A model generated the notes under the pieces. The model was not told where the DNA came from and did not search any database. It saw only the letters and a list, made by a program, of their open reading frames with translations. A stretch of DNA of 64,000 nucleotides from Clostridia bacterium. GTDB taxonomy: Bacteria > Bacillota > Peptococcia > DRI-13 > UBA5745. The position numbers were made by a program, and so were the translations under genes. Position 1 is the first letter of the stretch. Every line of letters starts with the position of its first letter. This document shows, piece after piece, positions 20,141 to 30,607 of the stretch. The stretch lies in contig JAHDMJ010000023.1 in NCBI GenBank assembly GCA_018436095.1, forward strand, positions 47 through 64,046, given 5' to 3'.

Positions 20141-21808
20141 TCAAATAATCAGCCTTTGGCATAATGCGGCAATATCCGCATCCTCAGGTAAAAGCTGTTT
20201 GAGCTCATCCAACTCCTTGCCGGCTTCTTCTTTCCGGGAACAATCAAGCAGGTAGGATATCCATATTTTTTTGAAATACAAATACGCATCTGCATTTTCA
20301 GCTGCCGCAGAAAGATTCTGCCCCAGCAGTATATAAGCTTCTGCATCATCTTCATCTATTTCCACATTGTCAACGGAGATAAACTTATCAAGGGCCTTCT
20401 GGTAGTCTCCCCTGATCACCCAGCGGATTGACTGTGAAAACGCTGCCGCCAAATTGGCGTTTATGCCTCTAAGCAAGGGATGCTTAGCAAGAAGGGTACA
20501 AATCTGTGCGTTAATATTTAACATCTTTGCAGATTGGGGCCGTTTTTTTCGTATGTCTATAAGTAGTGCAAAAACTTCATTCTCCGGTTTGTTTAGTGCA
20601 AAAAAGGCGGCAATCTCCAGTTCTGTCAGCGGTACGGTATCGGCATTATTTTTTTTAAACCATTTATGAAGCTGATCCATTATACGGTTATAATCACCTT
20701 GCAGTAGATATTGGCTTATCCAGGGCAGCTCCCAAATAATATAAGCTAAACTTTTTTGACTTATAGGGAGATCTTCATGAATAGCCACAAAAATTTCTGC
20801 GGCTATATCTGCACCTTTTTCTGTCCGGCAGATATCTTGCAAAAGAATCCAATGGGATATTGTGCCTATAATAGATTGATAATCACTCGAAGCTGTTGAG
20901 GGCAGTTTTTTCAATTCAACTGTGGTTTCATAAGTAAAGATGTCCCGCATGGCCGCCAATTTTTCCAACGACGACAACGCTGCATGAATCACAACATTTA
21001 ACGTATCTTTGATTGCATTCATGTAAATCAGTAATAAAAAATGTTCATTCCTAGGGGTGATACTACCACATCTGTTTAGAAGAAAATTTCGGGTTGCCTC
21101 ATGAAGAATGCGGTCCGATCGCATTCGTTTGGAATCAAATAGATAAGAGGCAGACTTGGGCGAAAGGTAATATTTGTGATCAGTCCCGGCCAGAATGCCA
21201 ATGCGTGTTGCACAACTGAAAGATTCCAGACAACCTAAGGTATCGGCGCCATAGCCAAATGCTCTTCCTTGAGGAAACCATTTTTCTGTTTGGCGAGCTT
21301 TTAGAACGGAAAGTTTATAAAGCTTCCCCCATTCCGTTCTCATGAACTGGTGGTATAGAGAGAAAAAATCACTAAAGTGCTGCGGGTCGCATAATACCAT
21401 GTTTTTTTCAAGGGCACGTTTCCCCAACAATTGCTCGGTTTCTGTACTGATAAAATCACTACCGCAGGCTACAATGTCCAGATTCCATTCTTTCAAAAAA
21501 TCCATACAGTTGCTTAGAAAATATTTTGAATATTCATCATCGGCATCCAACTGGCAATAGTAGTCTTCCTCTCGCTCTGCAGCAATAATATTTAATGAAT
21601 TTATTCCTACATTATTAGTTTCGTTGCGAAGAGGAACTATGCGCGTATCCTTATAGGCATATTCAGCAATAATAGTACCAGTTTGGTCTGTGCTTCCATT
21701 ATCCAGCACGTAATATTTAATATCATGGTAGGTTTGGTTCAGAACGCTCTCTATCGCTCGTCGGATTGTTTTTTCGGCATTGTATGCCCTTGTCCAAACA
21801 ACAATCAT
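20141..21808 (-). CDS. GT2 glycosyltransferase with long helical C-terminal extension
   Basis: AYNAEKTI..SVLNQT, DNGSTD, LDADD, WGKLY. Confidence 0.88.
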   Translation of the reverse strand: MIVVWTRAYNAEKTIRRAIESVLNQTYHDIKYYVLDNGSTDQTGTIIAEYAYKDTRIVPLRNETNNVGINSLNIIAAEREEDYYCQLDADDEYSKYFLSNCMDFLKEWNLDIVACGSDFISTETEQLLGKRALEKNMVLCDPQHFSDFFSLYHQFMRTEWGKLYKLSVLKARQTEKWFPQGRAFGYGADTLGCLESFSCATRIGILAGTDHKYYLSPKSASYLFDSKRMRSDRILHEATRNFLLNRCGSITPRNEHFLLLIYMNAIKDTLNVVIHAALSSLEKLAAMRDIFTYETTVELKKLPSTASSDYQSIIGTISHWILLQDICRTEKGADIAAEIFVAIHEDLPISQKSLAYIIWELPWISQYLLQGDYNRIMDQLHKWFKKNNADTVPLTELEIAAFFALNKPENEVFALLIDIRKKRPQSAKMLNINAQICTLLAKHPLLRGINANLAAAFSQSIRWVIRGDYQKALDKFISVDNVEIDEDDAEAYILLGQNLSAAAENADAYLYFKKIWISYLLDCSRKEEAGKELDELKQLLPEDADIAALCQRLII

Positions 21809-21833
21809 ATTATCCTCATTGCTAAAGTTTTAT

Positions 21834-22691
21834 TTAACGCTTTGAAAATAAAAAGCCTATCCCTTCCCGGGCATATATCCTTCTGTATAAGACTCGCTCA
21901 GTCATTTCCCACCCCAATTTGGACAATATGCTCACCAACTTTTCCTCTTGCACTGAGTTTTTATATCCGGCTAATCTCCCCAGAGCTGTATTTTTAGTGA
22001 AAGTATAGTAGATGATTATTTTTTTCTTTGTGCATTCACTTATTTGCGATAAACATTTTGATAAATCATGCACATACATTAAAGCAGCACAGATAAAGCT
22101 TACATTGCATTGTGAAGGAATTATGATATCTTGGTTTAAATCACAAAAAACAACCTCATCGTATCGCTGGATATAGTCATAAGGAGTATATTTAATTGAT
22201 TCCGAGATACAAGTTTTCAGATGCATTGATCCTGCGCCAAACTCAAACACTGATTCATCGGCCTCCTCAATCCATCGTTTTGCCATATCCTCCACAATCC
22301 AATCATTTAATGAAAAATCAAAGAACATTTCCCTGTCATCCCAAGAAACATTTTCCAGCGCTAACTGAGCAATGAATTCTTCTAGCTCAAATACATTTTG
22401 ATATCCCTGATTTTTTAGCTGCGCATACACCTCCTTAGACTTCGCGGGATCAGCAATAGTAATTAAAACCTGAACCCGGCTTTTCTCAGCCGCAGCAGAA
22501 TATGATAGGTTCATCTGTTGAAAGCTCCAAATAGTGCAACCTGTACCTTTTTGTATACCAGAAATATAGTTATCGGCAAAGGCCGTTATATTAATTGCCA
22601 GTGACTTCAAACTCGAATACACGCTTTCTCCTATGGCCCCCGCGCCAAACAAAATAATGGGCTCCCCTCTTATTTCTTCTATAGAAAACAT
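21834..22691 (-). CDS. Rossmann-like N-terminal domain plus putative SAM-dependent methyltransferase domain
   Basis: ILFGAGAIG...AFADN N-terminus; VFEFGAG...YDY...CDLN C-terminal class I methyltransferase-like motifs. Confidence 0.6.
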   Translation of the reverse strand: MFSIEEIRGEPIILFGAGAIGESVYSSLKSLAINITAFADNYISGIQKGTGCTIWSFQQMNLSYSAAAEKSRVQVLITIADPAKSKEVYAQLKNQGYQNVFELEEFIAQLALENVSWDDREMFFDFSLNDWIVEDMAKRWIEEADESVFEFGAGSMHLKTCISESIKYTPYDYIQRYDEVVFCDLNQDIIIPSQCNVSFICAALMYVHDLSKCLSQISECTKKKIIIYYTFTKNTALGRLAGYKNSVQEEKLVSILSKLGWEMTERVLYRRIYAREGIGFLFSKR

Positions 22692-22695
22692 TGCT

Positions 22696-23952
22696 TTAGT
22701 CCTCTCTCACCATAACAGCAACTTCACCTGTCTGAAGTTGTTCTGCTACAGGAACTTCTTCATTGGTATAGCCACGTCCATAACAATATTGGCAAACATT
22801 AGTAATGCTTGGATGCATTAGGTAATCATCGATACGTTTCTGCAAATCAAGTCCGTGGTCTGACATTAAATCAATACTATCAGCAAATGTTTTCGAGAGA
22901 ATGCCCAAGTTCTCTATATTAGCTTGAAATGGACAACGATAAAGTGTGCCCGACTGGAAATATGCAACTCCCTTGCCATAGCATTTACAACAGTCATCGA
23001 CTACCGCCTGCAGGGCCTTACCTGTTCTGGGCTCTTTAGTCATATGAGAAAAGCGTCTCCATTTTTGCAGTGCTACTGTATATTTAATTTTATGGTTTTC
23101 TAACAACCTTTTTAGTTGCTCTATTTTTGTGGAATGCTCTCCATAATCAGAAAGACGAACTGTAAACTTTTCGTGACGTAAAGCAGCCAGCATATCTTTA
23201 TTCGGCAGAATAGTGCCATTTGTGATGGGATAAACAGATTCCACGGTGGGGCATTGGGCCAGATATTCAAGCAAAAGGGGCAGGGGCTGCCATAAGAATA
23301 TCTCCCCCCCTTCAATTGTTATATATTCAAAATTGCGATAGGGCAATAATTTATCCAGAGAGACCTTTACATCATTCCAGTCCGAGTCAACGGGATTTTT
23401 GTAATAGGGCATTAGACTAGTGCAATTTTTACAACGCAATGTACAGCGCTCGGTAACTGCAATATCAAGGGCATATTTTTGTTTTTCCTTTTCACCGTCA
23501 TAAAAATTAGCTAATTTACGCATATACCGGTCAATATAAAAACTCAGGGTTTCCTGACGGTACCAATCCGGATGATACAACTCCTCGAATCCAGTTCCGT
23601 CAAATTCCATAAATAAAGAAGCACAGGTATATACCCGATCAAAGCCAAGAGTATTCTTTACAAATTGATACGCCGGCTCATGATTATAAGGTGTAACCAA
23701 AATAGCAGCGTCGGGGAATTGCACTTTAGTCTCTCTGGGCGAATAAATATTTTTACCCATGAACAGAGTGCCCCATCTGGTTTGATCACTGTCACAAAAA
23801 CCCAAGATATCAATTTTCATTTTATCAAATAAAAATTTAGCCAAAGCACCTTGCAACCCCGCACCGTATATTAGGATTGTCCCGCTCATTTCATTAAAAT
23901 CAGGAATCTCCATATTTTCAAACCATTCTGGGTGTTTATATTGATATCTCAT
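22696..23952 (-). CDS. Radical SAM protein with N-terminal Rossmann-like domain and C-terminal Cys cluster
   Basis: ILIYGAG..GFCDSD; CTLRCKNC; EGGE; ITNGT; CCKC..YRC..CQYC (SPASM/twitch-like). Confidence 0.85.
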   Translation of the reverse strand: MRYQYKHPEWFENMEIPDFNEMSGTILIYGAGLQGALAKFLFDKMKIDILGFCDSDQTRWGTLFMGKNIYSPRETKVQFPDAAILVTPYNHEPAYQFVKNTLGFDRVYTCASLFMEFDGTGFEELYHPDWYRQETLSFYIDRYMRKLANFYDGEKEKQKYALDIAVTERCTLRCKNCTSLMPYYKNPVDSDWNDVKVSLDKLLPYRNFEYITIEGGEIFLWQPLPLLLEYLAQCPTVESVYPITNGTILPNKDMLAALRHEKFTVRLSDYGEHSTKIEQLKRLLENHKIKYTVALQKWRRFSHMTKEPRTGKALQAVVDDCCKCYGKGVAYFQSGTLYRCPFQANIENLGILSKTFADSIDLMSDHGLDLQKRIDDYLMHPSITNVCQYCYGRGYTNEEVPVAEQLQTGEVAVMVRED

Positions 23953-23972
23953 CGTTATTCTCCTTTATTCAA

Positions 23973-24884
23973 TTATATATATCTACTCATCCATTCCTTC
24001 TCAAAATCCAACATATATTCACAGCCTAAAAAATTCGCTTGATTCGCTGCCAACTCCCGCTTCATTGCCGCCGCCTGGTTTTCACAGCCGCTAATCCCTA
24101 GCCGCTCCACCTTCTCCACCATGCTGATCATAAACGACCACTCAAAATACCGCCAAGCTTCCGCTTTGGCAGGGAATAGCCCGCACAACCATTCCGTACG
24201 TTCCCGATAAGCCCGTAGATATTCTTCCAGTGTCTCCGGCGTCAACAGGCTATGATTGGTTGTCCATGCCGAGTTATTTCCCTCGTGCCTGTTAAACGTA
24301 TATTTAGGTAGTCCGTGATAAGCCACCCGCTGAGGCAAAGCCAGCAGGCGATACATCAGAGCAATATCATCATAAGCCCCTTCCTCGGGGAAACGCAGTT
24401 TTTCTGCAATATCGCGCCGGAATATCTTGGTAGGAAAGGCCATGTTATATTTTTTCCGCCACATCAGCTCAATCAAAGCTTCCTCAGGAGCCATTATACG
24501 TTTTTCGGCAAACGCTTTATCGGCAGCGCCGCAGATAGCCACCTCTGCGGCGTTTTCTGTTGCCAAGCTGTACAGGAACTCCAGAAAATCCGGCTCTGCC
24601 CAGTCGTCATCGTCAACAAAAGCGATCCACTGACCTTTCGCAGCATCCAGGCCGGCATTGCGGCCGGAGCCGATGTTGCCCCGCTGCCGGTGGATCACAC
24701 GAATCCGGGAATCCCGGGCAGCATACTCATCGGCAATGGCGCCGCTGCGGTCAGTGGAACCATTGTTTACAATAATAAACTCAAAATCCTTTAAGGTCTG
24801 TCCTAGGATGCATTCAATCATATTGCCTACAAGCTTTTCCCGATTGTAGGTCAACATGATTACACTGATTTTAGGTATTGCCAT
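23973..24884 (-). CDS. GT2 glycosyltransferase
   Basis: ISVIMLTYNRE, NNGSTD, RNAGLD, FVDDDD; ATG overlaps the rfbF stop (TGATG). Confidence 0.9.
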   Translation of the reverse strand: MAIPKISVIMLTYNREKLVGNMIECILGQTLKDFEFIIVNNGSTDRSGAIADEYAARDSRIRVIHRQRGNIGSGRNAGLDAAKGQWIAFVDDDDWAEPDFLEFLYSLATENAAEVAICGAADKAFAEKRIMAPEEALIELMWRKKYNMAFPTKIFRRDIAEKLRFPEEGAYDDIALMYRLLALPQRVAYHGLPKYTFNRHEGNNSAWTTNHSLLTPETLEEYLRAYRERTEWLCGLFPAKAEAWRYFEWSFMISMVEKVERLGISGCENQAAAMKRELAANQANFLGCEYMLDFEKEWMSRYI

Positions 24885-25657
24885 CAATCCCACACTTTCC
24901 AGGGCGCGTTGCCGCTGCTCCAATAATGCTCCAGGGCCCCTTTATCTCTCTGGGTATCCATACACTGCCAATAGCCGTAATGCTTGTACACCCCAAGCTT
25001 CTTCTCTGCACTTAGGCGCTCAAGGGGCGTACGTTCCAACACCGTCTTATCGTTATCGATGTAGCCGAAAAGCGCCGGCTGGGCTACCATAAACCCGCCG
25101 TTGATCCAGCCGCCATCCTCTATGGCCTTCTCCTTGAAGGCGGTGACCGTATTTCCCTCTATATCAAGCACGCCAAAACGCCCTCCCGGCTGGATTGCCG
25201 TGAGGGTCACTGTGCTGCCTGTGCTTTCATGCTGGCGAAGCAAGGCATTTAAATCAACATCGCTTACGCCGTCGCCGTAAGTGAGCAGGAAAGGCTCATT
25301 GCCCACATAGGGCTGGATCCGCTTGATACGTCCGCCTGTCTGTACATCGGCGCCGGTGTCCACAAGGGTCACCTTCCAAGGCTCCGACACATTGGCATGG
25401 ACGATCATCTTGCCGCCGTCGGCAAAATCAAAAGTGACGTCGGATCGATGGAGGTAGTAGTCGGCAAAATACTCCTTGATCATGTATCCTTTATAGCCGC
25501 AGCAAATAATAAATTCTTTGAACCCGAAGTGGGAGTAATACTTCATAATATGCCAAAGAATAGGCGAGCCGCCGATTTCAATCATCGGCTTGGGACGCAG
25601 GTGGGATTCTTCCGAGATGCGGGTACCATAGCCCCCCGCAAGTATGACTACCTTCAT
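24884..25657 (-). CDS. rfbF: Glucose-1-phosphate cytidylyltransferase
   Basis: MKVVILAGGYGTRISEESHLRPKPMIEIGG, TYGDGVSDV, WINGGF, WQCMDTQRD. Confidence 0.95.
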   Translation of the reverse strand: MKVVILAGGYGTRISEESHLRPKPMIEIGGSPILWHIMKYYSHFGFKEFIICCGYKGYMIKEYFADYYLHRSDVTFDFADGGKMIVHANVSEPWKVTLVDTGADVQTGGRIKRIQPYVGNEPFLLTYGDGVSDVDLNALLRQHESTGSTVTLTAIQPGGRFGVLDIEGNTVTAFKEKAIEDGGWINGGFMVAQPALFGYIDNDKTVLERTPLERLSAEKKLGVYKHYGYWQCMDTQRDKGALEHYWSSGNAPWKVWD

Positions 25658-25865
25658 TTGCAAACCTTCTTTATTCTATAGATATTTTATTCTGTCTTTA
25701 TCACGGGTATTATATCAGATCGTGCATTATTTTGCCAATTAATATCAGGGTATAAGCAGAAACTTAAACAAAGTATCGCCTCATAAAACTTCCGCAGGAG
25801 AAATACATGCGAGAGCCCAGGCTTAGTGACCCTTTGCGGCAGTAACCTAACGACGGACAGCGCTT

Positions 25866-26106
25866 TGAGCAAAATTGCAAGTTTGTCATCCTATTGGCCC
25901 CCAAATGTGCAAAATTGCAAGTTTGTACCATGCAAACAGTGTTTTTGGCCCATTTTTCTTCTGAAAGTGACTAAGAAATGGGTTTTCATGCAACAAACAC
26001 ATCTTAACCTGCATATCCCGAATAAAAATACGGCAGTCGTCCCTACAAAGCTGCAATTTTGCACAGTTAGCTACATCAAACAGCAACAAAGCTGCAATTT
26101 TGCACA
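25866..26106. repeat. Dispersed repeat module B
   Basis: + copies at 25866-25886 and 25906-25926; inverted copies at 26045-26065 and 26086-26106, identical to the motif at 24-44. Confidence 0.88.
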
Positions 26107-26153
26107 AAAATGCCGCTAGGGAGAACCTGCCCCATTGGAGGATCACTACCGTC

Positions 26154-26199
26154 CTGCCCAAGTGAGGCTCACTGCCCAAGTGAGGCTCACTGTCCAAGT
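26154..26199. repeat. 18-bp tandem repeat (~2.5 copies)
   Basis: CTGCCCAAGTGAGGCTCA x2 plus CTGTCCAAGT. Confidence 0.85.
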
Positions 26200-26353
26200 A
26201 GACGGTCACATTCAACTCTTCTCCTAAGAAATTAAACAGAAATGTTGAAGATAATTGTCATAAATTGATACTATTACTTTACTATTTATGCTATTTATTA
26301 TATTATAAAAATCGAAAGTATATTTTCAAGAATAAAATTGCGGAGGGATCCGG

Positions 26354-28300
26354 ATGCTACAGCTCATCAGAAAATCCATCAAGGTTCAGGTCACGCTTCT
26401 TTTTGCCATTATCTTTATATTTAACGCCATCGCTGTAGCAGTTTTACTTAGCGGCTGGTCCCACAACAGGGAATGTGCCGCCGACCTGGAGCATAAGCTT
26501 GATCAAAGCCGGCAGATATCCGCCATCACCACAGCCCATACGGACTGGGTGGACGATTTAAGGCTTCATTTGCAGAAAGGCCAGGATTTCACCGGCAGCC
26601 TTAATCCCGATACCTGTTCCTTCGGCCAATGGGTCAGCACCTTAGACGAAGATTTAGCCAAGGATTCCATTATCGCCGGAGCCATAGAAAGCATCATGGA
26701 GCCCCACCGGCTAATCCACTCCCGGGCCCAAGAGGTTATGGATCTCAAGAAAAGCAGTTCCAAAGCAGCCATGGATGTTTTTCAGAGTTCAATTCTGCCC
26801 AACGTCCTGACCATCATCCAGGGGCTTAACACCATCGCCGACCGGTGCAACACTTTAGCTGTTGAGAGCATGAGCATCTCCGCTGCGACCCTTCAATTCA
26901 ATTCCATTGTCCAGCTTGTTATCATCGTTCTGGTTTTGCTGATATCCGTGGTCATAGCCTTTTTCATTATCAGCATAACCGTCAAGCCGGCCATCATGAT
27001 CACCGGCGCAGCAGAAAAGCTGGCTAAAGGCGATTTGGATGCTGAAATTCACATTAAAGGCCACAACGAAATGGCCAGAATGGCCGCCGCCCTTAATGCC
27101 GCCATCAGCTTAATCGGCCGCTATATTCAGGATATCTCTCATAAGCTGGAGCTGATGTCCCAGGGCGATATGCGCATCAACGTGGATATCGATTACATCG
27201 GCGATTTTGCCGCCATCAAAGAGGCTATGATTAATACCAGCGCCGCCCTCAATCACACCTTGCTGACCATCAATTCCGCCGCCCAGCAAGTCAGTCTTGG
27301 CGCCGATCAAGTCTCCGGCGGCGCTCAGGCTTTAGCATCGGGCTCCAGCGAGCAGGCTTCCTCTGTGGAAGAGCTTAGTGCCTCCATTACCATGATTGCG
27401 GGGCAGGCTGAGGAAAACTCCGCCAACGTCAAAATGGCGGCCAGCTATGTAGAGCAGGCTGTGGCAGGCGTAGGCGCCGGCAATGAGCATATGGCCCAGC
27501 TAACGGCGGCAATGGAAGATATCCGCACTGCCTCCGCCCAGATAAACAATATTACGAAGGTCATCGAAGACATCGCTTTCCAGACAAATATTCTGGCCTT
27601 AAACGCCGCTATTGAGGCTGCCCGGGCCGGCAATGCCGGCAAAGGTTTTGCCGTGGTGGCCGACGAGGTGCGCAATTTGGCGGCAAAATCCGGGGAAGCA
27701 GCCAAACAGACTGCAGCCCTAATCCAGGCCTCCGTGGCCACCGTAGGCAAGGGCAACCAGACAACTGCACAAACGGCGGAGATTCTGAAGGATGTCGGTA
27801 TCAAAGCAAAAATGGTCAACGAAAGCATCATAAAGATCAATGAATCCTCCAGTATGCAAGCCGGTGCCATCGAGCAGATCAAAGACGGCCTTACTCAGGT
27901 TTCTGCCGTAGTGCAGAAAAATGCCGCCACCGCCGAAGAAAACTCCGCTATCAGTGAGGAAATGTCAGGCCAGGCCGCCACACTGCGGGGAGAGGTGGCC
28001 AAGTTCCAGCTTGATCACCAATATCAGGTCAATACTCAATATCAGGCCGCTACTCAACATCAGGCTAATGTTCAACATCAGGTGAATACCCGATATCAGA
28101 TGAATACCAATTACGAAGCCAAGCTGGATTTGCCGGCGGGGGCAGGAGCAGACTATAAGGCAGAAGCAGGCTTTGTTCCGGCGGGACAAGACGACTTTGT
28201 AGAATCAGACCATACTCCAGCCGACTTTGCATCAACAGACCTGACACCGGCAGAATCAACGGCCACCAATCTGGACCTGCCACCGCTAAATCTCTCCTAA
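26354..28300 (+). CDS. Methyl-accepting chemotaxis protein with CZB zinc-binding sensor domain
   Basis: TM1, AHTDW...CSFGQW...HRLIH (CZB His/Cys ligands), TM2, [24 protein letters not shown] tip; low-complexity C-terminal tail. Confidence 0.92.
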   Translation: MLQLIRKSIKVQVTLLFAIIFIFNAIAVAVLLSGWSHNRECAADLEHKLDQSRQISAITTAHTDWVDDLRLHLQKGQDFTGSLNPDTCSFGQWVSTLDEDLAKDSIIAGAIESIMEPHRLIHSRAQEVMDLKKSSSKAAMDVFQSSILPNVLTIIQGLNTIADRCNTLAVESMSISAATLQFNSIVQLVIIVLVLLISVVIAFFIISITVKPAIMITGAAEKLAKGDLDAEIHIKGHNEMARMAAALNAAISLIGRYIQDISHKLELMSQGDMRINVDIDYIGDFAAIKEAMINTSAALNHTLLTINSAAQQVSLGADQVSGGAQALASGSSEQASSVEELSASITMIAGQAEENSANVKMAASYVEQAVAGVGAGNEHMAQLTAAMEDIRTASAQINNITKVIEDIAFQTNILALNAAIEAARAGNAGKGFAVVADEVRNLAAKSGEAAKQTAALIQASVATVGKGNQTTAQTAEILKDVGIKAKMVNESIIKINESSSMQAGAIEQIKDGLTQVSAVVQKNAATAEENSAISEEMSGQAATLRGEVAKFQLDHQYQVNTQYQAATQHQANVQHQVNTRYQMNTNYEAKLDLPAGAGADYKAEAGFVPAGQDDFVESDHTPADFASTDLTPAESTATNLDLPPLNLS

Positions 28301-28356
28301 TCTTTACCTTACAATGTTATTTAGTTGGGGGCATAATCGTAACCCTTGGGCGAATC

Positions 28357-28567
28357 TGCTCAATTTTTTCGCTTGTATGTGGTTCAAGGCTTCTTCCTGT
28401 TCAATTTTTTCGTTTGTAGGTGAATTGCAGAGGCCATTAAGTGAAATTCTGGCCGGTTTTGTTCAATTTTTACGGTTGTCCGTAAATATTCGGTTGCATT
28501 TCACATACAAACGTAATTTTTGCTCAGCTAACCTGGGGCAATCGATCACAATCGCAATTTTTGCACC
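28357..28567. repeat. Dispersed repeat module C
   Basis: + copies at 28357, 28398, 28460 (TGYTCAATTTTTWCGnTTGT; spacings 41 and 62); inverted copies at 28507-28526 and 28548-28567 (spacing 41). Confidence 0.75.
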
Positions 28568-28625
28568 CCTGGCCGGGGTCACTGCCGCCCCGACAGCGCC
28601 TCCAAAGATTCATCCCATTACTTTC

Positions 28626-28655
28626 AACCCTGCACATTCACCGTGCAGGGTTTTT
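28626..28655 (+). terminator. Intrinsic terminator after the CZB chemoreceptor gene
   Basis: AACCCTGCAC-attcacc-GTGCAGGGTT followed by Ts. Confidence 0.7.
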
Positions 28656-28742
28656 CAATTCATCCGCCTCTCACTCCGATGGATCCTCCCTTGTCCGCCT
28701 CCTCCAATAGGCAAAAATCAGACGCCCCTTTAACTCCGAAAA

Positions 28743-28771
28743 TTGACTATGAATTCAACCTCCTCTATAAT
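28743..28771 (+). promoter_or_regulatory. Sigma-A promoter of the DUF1538 operon
   Basis: TTGACT-17 bp-TATAAT. Confidence 0.75.
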
Positions 28772-29092
28772 GATATTATAAATAGTATTAAATCCTATTG
28801 TCGATACTAATACTCTGTAACCCTAAAAGTTTACATCGGCTTGCCTATTTTCCACAATACATCCGCGCCCTTAGTATCTTAGGATAGCGGATACATCTGT
28901 GCCCAATATCTAAGGATAGCGAATTGTATCCGCAGGATTGGGTTTACAGAACCGGCGTTGAGGCTCTCGCCATAGCTACCGGCCATGCCTCACTTCTCCG
29001 CCTTGCACCTGGAAAAATATTCGGCGCATCCATGACAACTTTTAGGAGTCACCAAGTACTACAATAGGGCCAAAAAACGCCGGGGAGGTTAT

Positions 29093-30607
29093 ATGAATTC
29101 AATTACGGAAAAATTTAAAGAAATTATTGCATCAGTTTTGCCCTTCATTGTCATTGTGGTGCTGCTGAGCTTGTTTGTGGTCCCTCTTGACCGGGAAACC
29201 CTGGTCAAATTTTTGCTGGGCTCATTATTTATCATGATCGGCATGCCTATATTTTTGCAAGGAATCGATTTAAGCATCAGCCCTATGGGAGAGATGATGA
29301 GCCAGGCCCTGATTAAAAAAGGCAGCCTGCAGTTGCTTTTGATCGGCAGCTATATTTTCGGGTTTATCGTTACCGTGGCCGAACCCGACATGCATATCTT
29401 AGTGGGTCAAATTAATGCCGTGACGATGGGTCAAGCCAGCAAAACCCTGCTGCTGGTGGTGGTTTCCGGCGGTGTGGGTTTAATGGTATCCTTCGGCATT
29501 TTGCGCATGTTGAAGGCCATGTCTTTGCCTTTAGCCTTTACCTGTATTTATATCGTTATCTTCGTCTTAGCCTTTTTCGTCAACGGCGACTACCTGGCTC
29601 TGGCTTTTGATGCCAGCGGCTCCACAACCGGCTCCATCACCGTCCCCTTTTTGCTGGCTTTGTCAAGCGGTATCACCGTAATCACCCGCACAGACAGCAG
29701 CGAGGATATCGATAGCTTTGGCCTGCTGGGCATTGCTTCCGCCGGCGCCATCGTAGCCGTGCTGCTCTTGGGCATTTTGTCCGGCAATCCTCAATTAGAA
29801 GGCAGTCTGCCTGTGGCCGAGGTATCAGCCAGCGGTGTGGTAGGCAGCTTCCTTTCCGAAACGGCAAAAATGGCCCGGGAATCCATTATTGTTATTTTGC
29901 CTGTGGTTGTACTGTTTTTTATTATGAATATAGTCACCATTAAGCTGAAGGGCAGGCAAATAAAGAAACTGGTGGTAGGTTTGCTGTACACCTGGCTGGG
30001 CCTTACCTTCTTTCTTGCCGGAGTCAATGCCGGTTTTATGGATGCCGCCCGGCAGCTTGGCTATCAGATTGCCGGCCTGGATAAATACTGGCTCCTGATT
30101 TTGGTGGGAGCAGTTTTTGGCATTGTTACTATTCCGGCGGAACCTTCCGTTCACGTGCTGACCCAGCAAATCGAAGAAGAAACGGCAGGCTCCATCAAGG
30201 GCAACACGGTGATGCTGACCCTTTGCATCGGCGTAGCCGTAGCCGTAGGCCTTTCCATATTGCGCATCATCATACCCGGCCTGCAACTGTGGCATATTCT
30301 ATTGCCCGGCATGGCTCTGGCCTTGCTGCTTTCCTTTTATATCCCTTCCATATTCGTCGGCATTGCTTTTGACTCCGGCGGCGTTGCCTCCGGCACAATG
30401 ACGGCCACCTTTATCCTACCCTTTGCCCAGGGAGCCGCTGAACGCATTCCTTTAGCCAACGTGGTCACCGACGGCTTCGGTGTAATTTCCCTTGTTGCCA
30501 TGACGCCTTTAATCGCTTTGCAGATTCTGGGCCTTATCTATAAGCTCAAGATCAAAAAAGCCGAGCGTATGGCGCAGCTAAAAAAAGCAGAAGGAGACAA
30601 AGCATGA
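29093..30607 (+). CDS. DUF1538 family membrane protein (duplicated domain)
   Basis: Two repeats of AEP(D/S)xHxL and AFDxxGxxxG; SD GGGGAGG. Confidence 0.88.
   Translation: MNSITEKFKEIIASVLPFIVIVVLLSLFVVPLDRETLVKFLLGSLFIMIGMPIFLQGIDLSISPMGEMMSQALIKKGSLQLLLIGSYIFGFIVTVAEPDMHILVGQINAVTMGQASKTLLLVVVSGGVGLMVSFGILRMLKAMSLPLAFTCIYIVIFVLAFFVNGDYLALAFDASGSTTGSITVPFLLALSSGITVITRTDSSEDIDSFGLLGIASAGAIVAVLLLGILSGNPQLEGSLPVAEVSASGVVGSFLSETAKMARESIIVILPVVVLFFIMNIVTIKLKGRQIKKLVVGLLYTWLGLTFFLAGVNAGFMDAARQLGYQIAGLDKYWLLILVGAVFGIVTIPAEPSVHVLTQQIEEETAGSIKGNTVMLTLCIGVAVAVGLSILRIIIPGLQLWHILLPGMALALLLSFYIPSIFVGIAFDSGGVASGTMTATFILPFAQGAAERIPLANVVTDGFGVISLVAMTPLIALQILGLIYKLKIKKAERMAQLKKAEGDKA

Noticed and set aside
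25826-26215. Short ORFs over repeat modules (also 152-550, 28314-28733, 59797-60331)
   Set aside because: No convincing SD, different frames and strands, and no recognisable domains; 40-41 bp periods break the reading frame, so a coding role is unlikely.
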